Source: Octopus bimaculoides (Eukaryota). From it: DNA of 64,000 nt. Below are positions 1 through 12,829 of the stretch, in pieces (the first letter of the stretch is position 1; every line of letters starts with the position of its first letter). The notes under the pieces were generated by a model. That model saw only the letters and a program-made list of their open reading frames with translations, was not told the DNA's origin and ran no database searches. The DNA is taken from assembly GCF_001194135.2 (NCBI RefSeq), contig NC_068989.1:118277-182276 (forward strand). The letters run 5' to 3'. The position numbers and the translations under genes are program-made.

Positions 1-546
1 ATTGAGTGAGAGCAACATATGCCATCAAAATGACACTGGGGTACCAATATACAAAGCCTAATATACCCAACATGACTACTTGTTTGATAAGGGTACACCT
101 GCCACATGCATCACAACCACATGTGCGCAACATGGTGATGTGATATATCGAGATAAACAGTGCATGACTGTATTAGAATTTTCTTTAGGTTGAGTAACCC
201 ATCCCACTCAAAAGGTCCCTGAATAAGGGTTGTTTAAGGATGATGAACAAAACACCCATGTTTCCAGAGGTGAATTATTCAAATCCCAAAGAATTCCTCC
301 CAACACATGGCTATGGTGCTCCCCTACTACATCTGCTTGTGGTCAGAGATGCACATATTGTTAGCACCTAAGAGACATGCTCGACTGGTTTACCCATATC
401 TTTATCAAATTATCTAAGTTTAAAGTCATATTGAGGAGTTGTTTGTGAACAAATAGAATTTGAATTTTTCAATCAATTAACAATTTTATAAATATGTATC
501 AAGGTTAGTATAACTAAAATTTGGAGGATTTAAAAATTTTTAAATG

Positions 547-550
<4 letters not shown>

Positions 551-603
<53 letters not shown>
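551..603. repeat. (AT)n microsatellite
   Basis: Perfect AT run. Confidence 0.95.
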
Positions 604-606
<3 letters not shown>

Positions 607-970
607 TGATTTCTTTTTATAAAAAATGTGTTTGTTGGCATTGATATTGTGAAAAGAATCTGAACTATTAATAGCTTATTTGTATAAAAAGGATTATGCT
701 ATAACTAGCGTTAATAACCCTTGATTAGTTTTTCTACAAAGACAAGTTATTTTACAATAAGAATTATTTCAGTTAGCCATAAAATTGTAGCTAAGCCTTA
801 TTTCATAAGGCAGTCTGTTGATTTCTGACTTTAACTATGGTTAAGGTCACTTTATCACCTGGTCGCTGTGTAATGAATATCAAGTTTTCTTGCTTTTAAT
901 TTTCTAACCTGTCAACAGTGACTTCTTTTGTTATTTCATTTGTATATTGTATTCCATGATAATTGCAAAG

Positions 971-1172
971 GTGGCTGATTTGATTAAGAAAGCCAACGAA
1001 GAATGGTGGTGGGTAATGAAAGCTGATGGCACAGGGCTGTATGTTCCCAAAACGTATGTGAAAGAAACAGCTCCTCGTGTTGTCCAAGAAACAAGGAAGA
1101 AGTTGGTTTCAGTAAAAGAAATTGTCAAATCGCCAGCCGCTGCACCCTCCCCATTGCATAGAACGCCATCTG
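971..1172 (+). CDS. SPTBN5: E1: SH3 domain C-terminal half plus linker
   Basis: aag|GTG...TCT G|gtgagt; VADLIKKANEEWWWVMKADGTGLYVPKTYVKE...HRTPS (WW and G.VP..YV SH3 motifs); phase 0/1. Confidence 0.87.
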
Positions 1173-1518
1173 GTGAGTAATTGATAATGCAATTAGTTTT
1201 GTGTTAATTGTGAAATGTGTGGTGGATGAAATTTTGATATTATATTCTGTCCCTTTGGTAAGACATTCTGTTTTTCACAATCTAGGAAATAACATGGAAT
1301 CAAGACAAGGAAAGATAGTGTTCTGAAACCCCTGTTCCACCTAAGCCATTTGGGGAAATAGATATTGAAGAGATATTAAATGACAGGGAAATTTCTTTAC
1401 CAGCTTGTGGTTCTGGGTGTGGCACTCTGGACAGATGTTTTCTATACCTTTAAGTTGACCAATTTTTTATGAGTAGTATTAGGTAGATGAAAACTTTGTA
1501 GAAGCCTATATATGCTTA

Positions 1519-2280
1519 CATCACCATCATCATCATCCGTTTTTTTCATGCTAGCATGAGATGGATGGTTTGACCAGAGCTAGCAAGCTGGGGAGCTGCA
1601 CCAGGCTCTAAGTCTGATTTGGCATAGTTTCTACTGCTGGATGCCCTTCCTAACATCCCAACCACTTTACACGGTTTGCTGGGTGCTTTTAATGTGGTAC
1701 AGCACAAGAGCTTTTACATGACACTGGAATGAGTGCTTTTTATGTGGCACTGACACAGGGGCTCTTGCAGGCCAATCCTCTTCACCGGGAGGTGGAGGGA
1801 GTGGACGTGACACTTCTACTGTGGAGTATGAGTCTTCTTGAGTATAGCAAGGCACTGGGTATCTCAGTCCTTTGTCATCTCATCTGAAAGGTTCAGTATC
1901 CTGAGGTCATTCTTCAGCACTGCGTACCATGTCTTCCTGGGTCTCCCTCTTCCATGTGCTCCATCTACTTTGAGAGATTGGAACTTCTTTATGGAGCTCT
2001 CAGCATCCCTCTACATCACATGACCAAACCAACCCAGTCTTGTCTCTTGTACACAATAACTAATTCTTCTTATGCCTAACTTCTCTCTGAAAGCACTAGC
2101 ACTCTATCAAACATGTACACTTACATTACACATCCAGCGGAACATACTAGCCTCATTCCTCTCTAACCTTTGCATGTCCGATGCATTCAGGGCCCTCATC
2201 TCACAACCATGTAGAATTACTGTCCGTATAGTGAAGCACAACCTTCGAACAGGGGCAATAACAAGCGACTGAGACTTTGG
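1519..2280 (-). mobile_element. RTE-clade LINE 3' end (ORF C-terminus, UTR, (GAT)n tail)
   Basis: ILHGCEMRALNASDMQRLERNEASMFRWMCNVSV; UTR motif AGGAAGGGCATCCAGC...CATGCTAGCATG; (CAT)n on plus. Confidence 0.8.
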
Positions 2281-2281
2281 A

Positions 2282-2775
2282 GATATGCTGTGCTTGAGAA
2301 GACTTGTTGAGTCAAGTGAAATAGTTGTCGTGGCTGATGCCAATACTGCCTGACCTAACCCTAACCCTAACCCAAACCCTAAGCACCATTTGAGTGTAGT
2401 CAATGCCAGTGTCGCTTGACTGGTTCCCATGCCAGTGGCACATAAAAAGCTCCATTTGAGCATGGTCAATGCCAGTGTCGCTTGACTGNNNNNNNNNNGT
2501 CAATGCCAGTGTCGCTTGACTGGTTCCCATGCCAGTGGCACATAAAAAGCTCCATTTGAGCATGGTCAATGCCAGTGTCGCTTGACTGGCCTCAATGCTG
2601 GTGGCACGTAAAAAGCACCCACTAGACTCACAGAATGGTTGGTGCTAGGAAGGGCATCCAGCTGTAGAAACCTTACCAGACCAGACTGGAGCCTGGTGCA
2701 GCCTCCTGGCTTGCCAGTCCTCAATCAAACCGTCCAACCCATGCCAGCATGGAAAGCGGATGTTAAATGATGATG
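2282..2775 (+). mobile_element. RTE-derived 3' UTR element with ~66-bp tandem units, nested in the minus-strand RTE
   Basis: GGAAGGGCATCCAGCTGTAGAAAC...AACCCATGCCAGCATGGAAAGCGGATGTTAAATGATGATGAT; contains N gap 2489-2498. Confidence 0.8.
2354..2382 (-). repeat. Interstitial telomeric repeat (TTAGGG)n, ~5 units
   Basis: cctaaccctaaccctaacccaaaccctaa. Confidence 0.75.
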
Positions 2776-3830
2776 ATATTGATATATGCATCGTACAATC
2801 TTCTTTTTGCTTGGAGCAAGAAACTTTTGGTAGCCAACAGAGGTATAAATACTCTGAATTTCTTCCATCCTATTCTTATTCTAGCTATTACATTCTCCAT
2901 ACATCTTCCCCCGATACTAATTTGGTCCCTTAGGTAGCAGAAATTATCCACTACCTCTAATGAACCACAGGACATTTGAGAGAATCAATTTCCGGGTATC
3001 TATCGTTTTTATGGCTCCTGTGCATCTTCACATATGAACTCTACTTTCTCTGATAACCTTCCTATTATTCCACTGCACCTCTTGTGTGTCCATAGCTTAC
3101 AGTGAGCACACTGTATGGAGTTCCTACCTACACCTTACCTACAAATTGGGCAGAGCCACCTACCTGAAAGGGGTAGGGTCCTGTCTGTTTTCTTGCTTAC
3201 TAAGACCTTAGTCTTTGCTAAGTTAACCTTAAGACCCTTAGATTCCAAGTTTTGCTTCCACACCTGGAATTTCTCTTCTAGTTCAGATATGGAATCTGCT
3301 ATGAGGACAAGATCATCAACATATAATAGTTCCCAGGGGCTGCTGGTCTTGAATTCGTCTGTTATGGCCTGCAGGACAAGAATGGAAAGGAGGAGACTGA
3401 GCCTTGATGAATACCTTCCTGTACATCAAATTTTTCGCTGTACTCATGTTTAACCCTCACCCTACTGACAGCATCTCTATACATGGCTTGTACAGCTTTC
3501 ACAAGCTGCTCGTCTATCCCTAGCCTCATCAGAGCCCACCATATCACACAGCAGAGCACTCTATTGAAGACTTTCTCTTGGTCAACGAATGCCAAGTATA
3601 AGGGTTTATTCTTAGCTAAGTACTTCTCTTGCAGTTTGCCTGACTATCAAAATATCATCATTGGTGCTTCTCCTCAAGATGAAGACAATCTGCAATTCAT
3701 CTAGCTTAATTCTGCTCCTAATGAATTGGGCCATAACTCTCTCCATAATTTTCATCACCTGGTCCAAGAGTTTGATGCCTCTGTAATTGCTTCTATCTAA
3801 GTTGTCTCCCTTACCCTTATAGCACACATA
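2776..3830 (-). pseudogene. RTE LINE reverse transcriptase fragment
   Basis: YKGKGDNLDRSNYRGIKLLDQVMK, LAFVDQEKVFNRV, VQEGIHQGS, VDNFCYLRDQI, ARIRIGWKKFR; frameshifted. Confidence 0.9.
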
Positions 3831-4573
3831 TATATGTATCTATATTCTTGTAACTTTTGCTTATTTACATCAGCATACGATATATAAATTGACAAGAACA
3901 AAAATGTTGTTCTTTAAATAAGTCTTTTACTGCATGTTAAATAAGCAAAATATTGTATTGTGAAACTCTTATCCCATTTGTGTTAGTTATTACTTGTACC
4001 GTCAGAAACATAGTAAACCAGTGATTGGACAGTCGGTCACATGTAATCAGTCATACTTCTGTTTACAAATTATCATATAGTCACTTTCACCTTTGAGTCT
4101 AATGAAAGTAAATTTATGTTTATTATTAAAGAATTTAATTTCATGTTCGTTGCTAATTTTTGAACCTATGACTTTTTGTTTTTATAGTTTAACAGGCTGG
4201 TACTTAATTCAATCAGTAGGGTACTTATAATTCAATACAATGTCAAAGTATATTTTTGGTAAATATTTATGGAGGTGTATCTGTTGTTTCTGAACAAATA
4301 GAAAAGTTATCAAAGAATTGAGTCTGAAGTTTAATTTTTTATTATTTGTTGAAGTCATTTGATTCACATCTTTGGGAAAGACATCATAAACACAATGTTA
4401 TTCTTTTTCATTCTGTTATAAATCTGCAGCCTTGCACCTATTTATAAAATCTTGTTTTATTAACACACAATAGTCCAACTCTGCCAACATGGAAAAGGGA
4501 CTTTAAATGATGATGATGGTGATGATAGCAACATGACATCATAATGAAATACTTTAATTTCTTTGTGTTCCAG

Positions 4574-4671
4574 TGCGTTCCAAAACCAATCTTCATTTTG
4601 ACAAAGATAATGTGGAAAGCCGACAGAAACAAATACAAGCAACTTATAATAAACTGCAAAAACTGAGCCAA
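4574..4671 (+). CDS. SPTBN5: E2 spectrin exon
   Basis: cag|TG...CAA|gtgaga; VRSKTNLHFDKDNVESRQKQIQATYNKLQKLSQ; phase 1/0. Confidence 0.88.
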
Positions 4672-5936
4672 GTGAGAACCTAACTATTGTTTCTTTCCCT
4701 TTTTACTGTGTTGTGTTTGGTATAAGAAACAAAAAATTACAAATATTGCAAAAAGAAAAAAAAAACTATTAAAAAAATAATAATTAACTTTTGGATGGAA
4801 CTCATCAGATTACTGGTGATAATCCACAAAACTAATTGGAATATTTACCATAGAGAAAACTAATCATATGATTGTCTTTCTCTACTATCATGAAGACTGG
4901 GTTTTTAACTGTTAGGTTTTAATGAAATGGGTGAGACGATTATTTTTATTAACCGTAAGTTTCAAAGAATTTGAAATTAGTATAACATATGAACGCATAA
5001 AGAAAATGTATGTGGGGGTGGGGTGTATTCTATAGCAACCTTGCATTGAAGGACTATAAATAATGTCGGATACAGGAACTGGAAAGTGAAAACAAACCAT
5101 AGAAATGAGGGAAAGTAGAATAGTAATTATGAGTAGCCAGGAATTTTGTTGAATGTGATGCAGAGAGAGACGACATTATGAAGGTAAAGGATGGAATGCA
5201 AGTGTTTGAGTGAAGAAGAGTAAGTAAGCAATTTTTTTGTTTTGTTTTTTTGCATGATCTCTTTACATTTCATTTTTCACTTGTCATAAGATTGAGACAA
5301 AATACCAGTAGTTAATATTGGTTTCAAATTTTGGCACAAGGCCAGCATTCTTGGGGGATTGGGTAAGTCAGTTACATCAACTCCACTGCTCAAATGATAC
5401 ATACTTTATCAACTCTGAAAGGATAAAAGACAAAATCAACTTCTTCAGAATTTGAACTCAGAATGTCTCAAAGACGGATGAAATGCTGCTAAGCGTTTCG
5501 CCCTGTGTGCTAACAATTCTGCCACCTTGCCAGCAGTTAATGTTGTCAACTGTGTTGTTGTCATTGGTTCATGACACCTGTAACCTTGCTGTGGGAGATG
5601 TTTAAGACCTTTGGAAAATAGTATTGTATGATGAAGTTAAGTGAAACAGATGCCTTCTCTACAGGAAGAGATTGAAGAATTTAAAGAGTGAAAAAGACAA
5701 AAAATAGGGAAAGAGAATGGGATCCAGAATAACTGGAAATTCTGATCAGTATATATGAAGAATGTGTAAGAACAAACTTTTTTTTTCCAGGACAAAATTA
5801 GCAAGTATGAAGTGTGGCTTGGATGGTGGCATAGATAGAGAATGAGATTTGTGTGTGTGGTATAAATATGATACTGTATGAAGTACAAGCTGGTCTAAAG
5901 TCCACAAATATCTTAAATTAAAAACAAATTTTAAAA

Positions 5937-6150
5937 GGTGGCGAGCTGGCAGAAACATTAGCATGCCAGGCGAAATGCTTGGTGCTATTTCGTCTGTCTT
6001 TACATTCTGAGTTCAAATTCCGCCAAGGTCAACTTTGCCCTTCATCCTTTCAGGGTTGATAGATTAAGTACCAGTTGCATACTGGGGTCGATCTAATCAA
6101 CTGGCCCCTCCCCAAACATTTTGGGCCTTGTGCCTAGAGTAGAAAAGAAT
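5937..6150 (+). mobile_element. tRNA-derived SINE family 1
   Basis: GGTGGCGAGCTGGCAGAAAC head, B box GAGTTCAAATTCC, body TCAACTTTGCCCTTCATCCTTTC. Degenerate copies: minus 5312-5531, 15310-15480, 15490-15690, 23430-23600, 61810-62010; plus 36260-36390, 56020-56180. Confidence 0.8.
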
Positions 6151-6222
6151 ATTAAAAACAAATTAGATGTTTTTATCTTCATTTTATTGACATATTTGGT
6201 TTGGTGGTGATTTTTTTTTTAG

Positions 6223-6309
6223 GCTCGCTGTTCTTCTTTGGAAGATGCTGTACGGTTGCTGTCTTTCTTTCATCAGTGTGATGAATTTGAAGGTTGGATT
6301 AATGAAAAG
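6223..6309 (+). CDS. SPTBN5: E3 spectrin exon
   Basis: tag|GCT...AAG|gtatca; ARCSSLEDAVRLLSFFHQCDEFEGWINEK. Confidence 0.92.
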
Positions 6310-7165
6310 GTATCACTATTACTCCATTTCTGAAATTTATCATTTAAAAGTTACATAGGATCTAAGTTGGTTTGAGAAAATCTTTTGCTTTGAATTTATA
6401 AAACATTAAAAAAAGACATTTAAAAAAATGTTTAATTGCTTTTCAGAGTTTAGAAATGATTCATCATCAATTAAGATGGATCTTTTAGTTCCACTACATA
6501 ATGTGGAGAATGAATGGGAGAAAGGGAGACATCCCAATGGGAATCCAATGGAGGGGGTCCAGCTATTCTTGTTAACAGCAATGTGATAGACAAAACAGTT
6601 AAAGGTATGAAGACCAGGAAAGTCCTTTGTCCATCACTGGCTTTGAGATGCTTAAAATATCTGATTGAATGGGATGCAGCCTAGCCACCCATATGTTTGT
6701 ACAGGAATGTACTACAACTGATGTAGCAGCATTATAATCAACTGTTACAAAAGTAAAGGAGACGCCTCACAGAGCAATAATTATAGTGAATCAAATTACT
6801 GAAGCAAGTCAAGCTTTCTCCAACAACTCCTCTTACACCACCTATTCCTTCACCAATCTTCTAACACTATTCATTCACTGTAAATTATGCCATTTATTTC
6901 CCTACACTTCACATTGTATCCGTATCACTGTCACTTATCACCTCCTCCTCCTCTTTCTTGACACCCCCCCCCCCGCTCCTATTTCTTTCACTTCCTCCAA
7001 ACTGATATTCACTGCATCCACTGCAATTCTACCTCGAATCATTATCTATCACACACTTTTCACAGTCTAATGCACTTACCTTTTCTGCTCTGCTATTCTT
7101 ACTCTCTCTCTCCCACATTTACTTTCTACCTTGAGTGTCTGCTCTCACTACCAATATCTGTCTTG

Positions 7166-7200
<35 letters not shown>

Positions 7201-7632
7201 TCTCCCTCTCTCTCTCTCTCTCTCTCATGCCTGTGCTGTGGAAAAACACCCAGCAAACTCTGTAAAGATGTTAGTAATAGGAAGGCATCTGGATGTAGAA
7301 CTCGTAACAAAGCACACATTGGAGCATGATTTATTCTTCTGGTACATCACTTCCTGTCAAACTGTACAACCCATGCCAGCATAGAAAACAGATGTTAAAC
7401 AATGTTGATGATCTAATGGAAATTTGTAGAGATTTATCTCAACTAACAAATCTGTTTCTTTTTATGTAAAGTCAATGTAGTTTCCTTTGTAGATCATAGT
7501 ATTCTAGTGTTGAAAAATAATTCTTACTTGTTCTCCTTGTTATATAACTTTATAATCTAACAAAAATAAATGAAATATATTGCTAAGTAAGAATTATGTA
7601 AGGATTTTGTTTTTGTCATGTTTATCAACCAG

Positions 7633-7698
7633 GAGGAAATGCTGAACAGTAAAGAGAGTCTTTCTGATAACATGACTGCAGTGAAGGCAAAGTATGAG
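7633..7698 (+). CDS. SPTBN5: E4 spectrin exon
   Basis: cag|GAG...GAG|gtaagc; EEMLNSKESLSDNMTAVKAKYE. Confidence 0.9.
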
Positions 7699-8189
7699 GT
7701 AAGCAGAATTAACTTTAGTCTGACATGTAATTTTATGAATCATTTCAACTTTTACAACACTAAAAATGATTTATGTCAAAAGGCTTTCTTAAAGATACAT
7801 GTAAGAGGCTAATGTGATGGAAGATCAATCTATACTATATCTGGTGACTAGACAGAATAAATATCTGGATCAGGATGTTCCAATTGAAGGCAGTCTTAGG
7901 AAAGAAGAACTTTTCTACAGAGTCTAGATACAAATGTCACAAGACATCATGAGGAGAGTATTCTGGCTAAATTGACTAATTTTTATGACTCCTTGTTAGT
8001 TAACTGATATGGAGGACTGGAAGCCATCTAAATATTGGAAAAAAATTACTTGTATGATGATGATGATGATGATGATTTGTGCTGAGTATCAAAATGCCAA
8101 CATTGTGGCTGCTACTCAGTACTGTAAAAGCTGTAAGATGTGACACGGACAGCTGCAACAGAGGCTTCAAGGTGATGGCCAGCAGGAAG

Positions 8190-8600
8190 GGTGTATCTCT
8201 AGTGTAGGTGATGTTATACCACCCCTCATCTCTGAGCATGGTTTTAGGCTCAAATCAGACAACTTTGTGAAACTGCTGGAGACTGTGATCAATCCCTGGC
8301 TGGCCACTAGAAAGGCCATATGTGTGGCAGCAGGATTTGGCTCCTTGCCATACCTCCAGAAAGAATTGAAAGTGGTTGTTGAAGAATTCCTGACTTCACC
8401 AACTCCAGTTTCTGATTTTCTAATTCCCCCAATTACAGTGAGTGGGCATAGTTGAGAAAGACACCAACTGCTCTGTCTGCAACCCCAGGGCCAAACTAGT
8501 GACCAAGATTGAGGAGGTGTTCAAAAATCTTCTCTGGACCAAAGCAAGGAATGCATGCACCAGGTTTCAGTGCCATCTTGAGACTGTGATGACAATTGAG
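8190..8600 (+). mobile_element. Tc1/mariner-superfamily transposase remnant
   Basis: GDVIPP...GFRLKSDNFVKLLETVINPWL and RPYVWQQDLAPCHTSRK (QQD.AP.H catalytic motif); frameshifted. Confidence 0.8.
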
Positions 8601-9552
8601 ATCATCTTCTTTGGCTAACTTCTTATCTCCAATCCACAATCCAGTTGATAGTTTGGGATTTTTTTTTAAATACTTTAATTTTTTAGTGGGATATTGTGTT
8701 TTCCTTTCCTTTTATGCAAACTGTCAATTTAGCCCAAACACTCTGTATGATATAAGATTAGATGATGTGTTATGATAGGAATTAGCAGATGTCAACCTGG
8801 ACTCTAGGGGAAATGTATAATTTAAGGGTTAAGTTGGCAGTACATGCATTATCCTTAAGCTAATGATTTATCAAGTATCACCCGTTGGTTCTGCTTGAGC
8901 AGACCCATAAAACTCTATTTCTAGTGCATATAATTTCATATCAGTTTGGTATTTAACCATTTTTCAATTAATTGTAAAGCCATTCAGTATTTGTTATACT
9001 TGGGGATGGTCATGTTTTTCCAATTAAACCCACACACACACACACACTCTATATGTTTGGTCTTCACTTCAGCTTTATTATTATATTCACTTTTTGGTCA
9101 AACATTTTGTTTGTATGGGTACAAAGTGCAGTAAGCAAACCCATATACACTCATACAAGCTAAACACATAGACATGCATGTGCACACACGCATACACACA
9201 CACACACAGAAATAGATGCAAATGCATGTGTAGATAAGGATACATACCACAGAAAGACAAAATGGAATAAGCAGAACAAGAGGAGATACATGGGAGAGGT
9301 CACAGGATGTGTGACAAAAGAGCTTTGAGAAAGAAACGAGAATAATGATGATAATAATAATAATAATGAAGCTGAAGTGAAAACCAAATATATAGTGCAT
9401 GTGTTTAATTGGCAAAATATGACCATCCCCAAGTATAACAAAATTTGTTTCAATACGCAATTTCATATCAAGAATCTTGCAAAACAAATACATAAACATA
9501 ACATCTAGTATTTCTTCTATCAGAATCATTTACAAGATCTGTTTGTTTTCAG

Positions 9553-9683
9553 TCATTGTTAACGAGTTTAGCTGCTAATCAAGTACGACTCAAAGATATC
9601 AATACTTTAGCTGATGAAATTATTTCTTCTGGGAGCAGTCAAGAGGATGCTGTTCGTAAAAGACAAAAAGAAATACAAAAACG
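9553..9683 (+). CDS. SPTBN5: E5 spectrin exon
   Basis: cag|TCA...CG|gtaagt; SLLTSLAANQVRLKDINTLADEII...QKEIQKR; phase 0/2. Confidence 0.9.
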
Positions 9684-9709
9684 GTAAGTGTATATTTGTG
9701 TGTGTGTCT

Positions 9710-9712
<3 letters not shown>

Positions 9713-9758
<46 letters not shown>
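9713..9758. repeat. (GA)n microsatellite just after E5
   Basis: Perfect GA run; source of ERERER ORF. Confidence 0.95.
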
Positions 9759-9764
<6 letters not shown>

Positions 9765-10564
9765 AAGAGAAAGAGTCATATAGTATTGGTTAGAATACCT
9801 TGCTGTATTTGTCCTGGCTTTCTGTGCTCTAGCTGCATATCCCACCCATATCAGCTTTACTTTCCATCCTTTTGGAATCAGTAAAAAAAGTATGTATTGA
9901 AAGATTGGTTGAAGGCTAAAGCATCAACCAAGGTACTTTGCAGGATCTGTTTGGGTTCTGGACATTCTAAGTTTGAATCCTACCTCTTGTCACGAGAACA
10001 AACGAAGCCCTAAAGGGCACAATGCAAGTGGTGATGGGCTTGAGTCCAAATACATAAAACTTTGTTAATAATTTCAGGTAAATATTAAAGATATTATCAA
10101 GAATAGAAATGCAGATCTCTTGCTTTCCAGTTAAGCATATTATCACTTACATCACAATCAGTTCACAAATTATGTACAGTTATTTATCTTTTGTACTGGA
10201 ATATTTTTATGCTATTTGCTATTGTTTTGTGGATTTTCACTCAACAACTTGGCACAGAAAGATGGTGTGGACACTATTTGGTCAGAATAGAAATATTATT
10301 ATTATTATTAGTCTTAAAGTAGGGTAAATTGTGTGCATTACCAGACTGAAACAAATAATATAGTTTGTCCATCAGTGTTCGGCATTGCAAGGGAGTAGAA
10401 TCGTCCCAACAACCTATTTCATCCTTCTACCCTGGGTTGAAAAAGATAATTATCAAACCTGGTTTTCCCCTTATATTTTCTTAATTGTAGTTTTTTGGAA
10501 ACATAAGTATAATTTTAATTTTTATAAGATATTTTGTTGATTATAAATCTCATAATTTTTTCAG

Positions 10565-10624
10565 TTGGGATAATTTGAATCGACTCAAGTTGAATAAAGA
10601 AAAACTTTTAGAAGGAGCTTCAAG
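10565..10624 (+). CDS. SPTBN5: E6 spectrin exon
   Basis: cag|T...AG|gtaaaa; WDNLNRLKLNKEKLLEGAS; phase 2/2. Confidence 0.9.
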
Positions 10625-11043
10625 GTAAAATTTAACTATAACTATATTTATTCAGTTATTTTTTTCTCTTATATTACAATGTTATTATCTTCCCTTTTCC
10701 ACATATTTATGTATGTATGTATGTGTGTATGTATGTAGGAAGAAATAAAAAAATTTGACTTTTTTTTTTTTTATTGAAAAGTCTATTCAGAATTTATTAA
10801 ACTGTTATCCTCTTCGAAACTACAAGTATTGCTTAACCAGAGATGCTTTGAGGACTTGTATAAGATCCATCGGTGTAAACATAGATTGAAAAACGTTTTT
10901 AATAGGGTTATATTACAATTAGTTTGCAAAATGAATACGTTTTTATAAATATACTCATTGATATAATATATTGATTCTAATCTGATTGAACTGTTACAAA
11001 AACAATGATTATGTGAATTAAAGATGAACTAGAAGCTTACATT

Positions 11044-11900
11044 ATGGAGAGCATGCACCAGAGTATTAAGGTAACAACAGACTACCCTAACAAGCACCTT
11101 TACTATAGGCTACTGGTCTTAGACACAGAACTCTGGCTGGAAACCAAGAATAGTCAGGTCCAGATCTTCCTTTCCCATTATGCCAGGCCCATGGCTTCTA
11201 AATACCTGGTCCACAAGAATGCAGTTATTGCAGACAACACCAAGTTCAGTATTCAAATGGCAGACTTGGTGAGAGTGATGAGGAATGTGTCCTGCATATT
11301 CAATCCTGTAGAACTAGAAAGACACAACACTTCATCCACTGCATGCAATTCTTTGGCTACAATGAAAGGGACAGGATTAGAGTGTACAAAAGAGTCAGGG
11401 CTAAGTACAATGCCCCCATAGAGAATTAGGCAAATGGGATCTGCCCACTATACAGGAGTAAATCCTGGAACAGCATGGAAAAAAATAGATAAGGCCAACT
11501 TATGGTAGGACAACAAAAAATACCAGAGTGTCATTTTCATTGATACTATCCCTAGCAGTGAACTAGCTTACTTTTTAGAAAAACATTAGGTAAGGTTAAT
11601 CTATAGATTAAGGTAGTAGAAAGGCCTGGAACCTCCATAAAATCCCTGATCTGTAAAATTTATCCCTTCAATAGGTCCCCATGTACGGAGAACATTTGTA
11701 TATTATGCAGGAATAAACCCATGAGTTAACTGTAAGATTATGAATATAGTCTGTGTACTGAAGGATGGTGCAGAAACAAGACAACAACTTACATTGGGGA
11801 GATGGCATGCAGTGTAGGGGAGAGAATAGGCAAACACTGGCAGGAGCTCAAAGAGAAGAAAAGCTTATCAGTGCTCTACCAACATGCTGAGGTAGAACAT
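11044..11900 (+). mobile_element. Degenerate Penelope-like element (RT thumb plus GIY-YIG)
   Basis: VTTDYPNKH..RLLVLDTELWLE...HYARPMASKYLVHKNA resembles the PLE RT C-terminal region; TYIGEMACSVGERIGKH at 11787-11837 is a GIY-YIG YIG motif; frameshifted. Confidence 0.65.
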
Positions 11901-12619
11901 AGAGACTCAGTTAATTATTAGAGGTTAAGATATTATCAACACATAGAACTGACATAACACTTAGATTACAGAGGCCACACACATAGTAATAGACAGACGG
12001 AGCCTTAATAGAAAACACGAATGGAACAATAACATCCATACCATGCACAACGGTGAATAAAGACAGAAGGGGAGGGAACTCACAGGTACAAATGGTGTAA
12101 TACACACACACGAAAACATGCACACACCTATGATGAATATAAGAAATAAAGATACAAAGGTAAAGAAAAAAAAGATCTCTATAAAGGGCACAGATAGAAA
12201 CCACATAGTATGCAGACCCATGCACAAACACACATCCATTAACGTCACTAATGGTTACGACAAGAAGAATAACTATGATGGCAGCAGCATGAATGAATGC
12301 AGACACAAAGGGATACAAGACCAATACCAAAAGTAAGGATCAAGAGCAGCAGCAGAAGAGAAAACATAGGTGAGGGAATGGTCAGAGTACCACTAAGAAC
12401 AACAATATGCACACACACACACACATGCACAGTTACAGATGCAGCTGCATGCACAGATAAGAAAATATATTACATGGTGAAATTAAATTGCAAAAAAAAG
12501 TGATATTTTGTAAATATTGTAAATATTACATAAATAATTTAAGAGAAAACTGTTTTAGAAACCGATTGGTTATTATTGTTGATGATGTAATTTTACAAGA
12601 TTTAGTAACTCTATTTCAG

Positions 12620-12746
12620 CATTGAGATGTTTAAACTAACCTGTGATGACCTCCAAGAATGGATAAGAGAGAAAGATAATGCACTCTATGATGATGACGT
12701 CGGAAAAGATCTTGAAAGCAGCAAAAATCTGAGAAGAAAACACATG
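12620..12746 (+). CDS. SPTBN5: E7 spectrin exon
   Basis: cag|C...ATG|gtaggt; IEMFKLTCDDLQEWIREKDNALYDDDVGKDLESSKNLRRKHM. Confidence 0.93.
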
Positions 12747-12829
12747 GTAGGTATAACATGTTAATACAAAAGCTTGATTTGATAAAAATTCTGTATTCTT
12801 TAGCTGAATTGTTTCATTATTTCTTTCAG

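Noticed and set aside
1197-1263. Strong donor-like TTG|GTAAGA at 1258
   Set aside because: Extension of E1 hits a TAA, and the implied introns (24 and 28 nt) are too short.
2383-2600. Direct-repeat array superficially like CRISPR
   Set aside because: Eukaryotic intron, no unique spacers, no cas genes. It is the minisatellite of the RTE UTR and spans an N gap.
4188-4225. Possible micro-exon between E1 and E2
   Set aside because: One acceptor gives an immediate stop and the other gives 25 nt (frameshift). E1 joins E2 in frame without it.
5937-6030. tRNA gene
   Set aside because: Has Pol III boxes but no full cloverleaf and continues into a SINE body; the same applies to 45790-45863 and 63361-63433.
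9524-9552. Upstream alternative acceptor for E5
   Set aside because: Out of frame; reads into TAA.
11911-12503. Cluster of overlapping minus-strand ORFs
   Set aside because: Low-complexity CA/TG-rich sequence with no recognisable domain. I also found no hammerhead core here despite the adjacent PLE.
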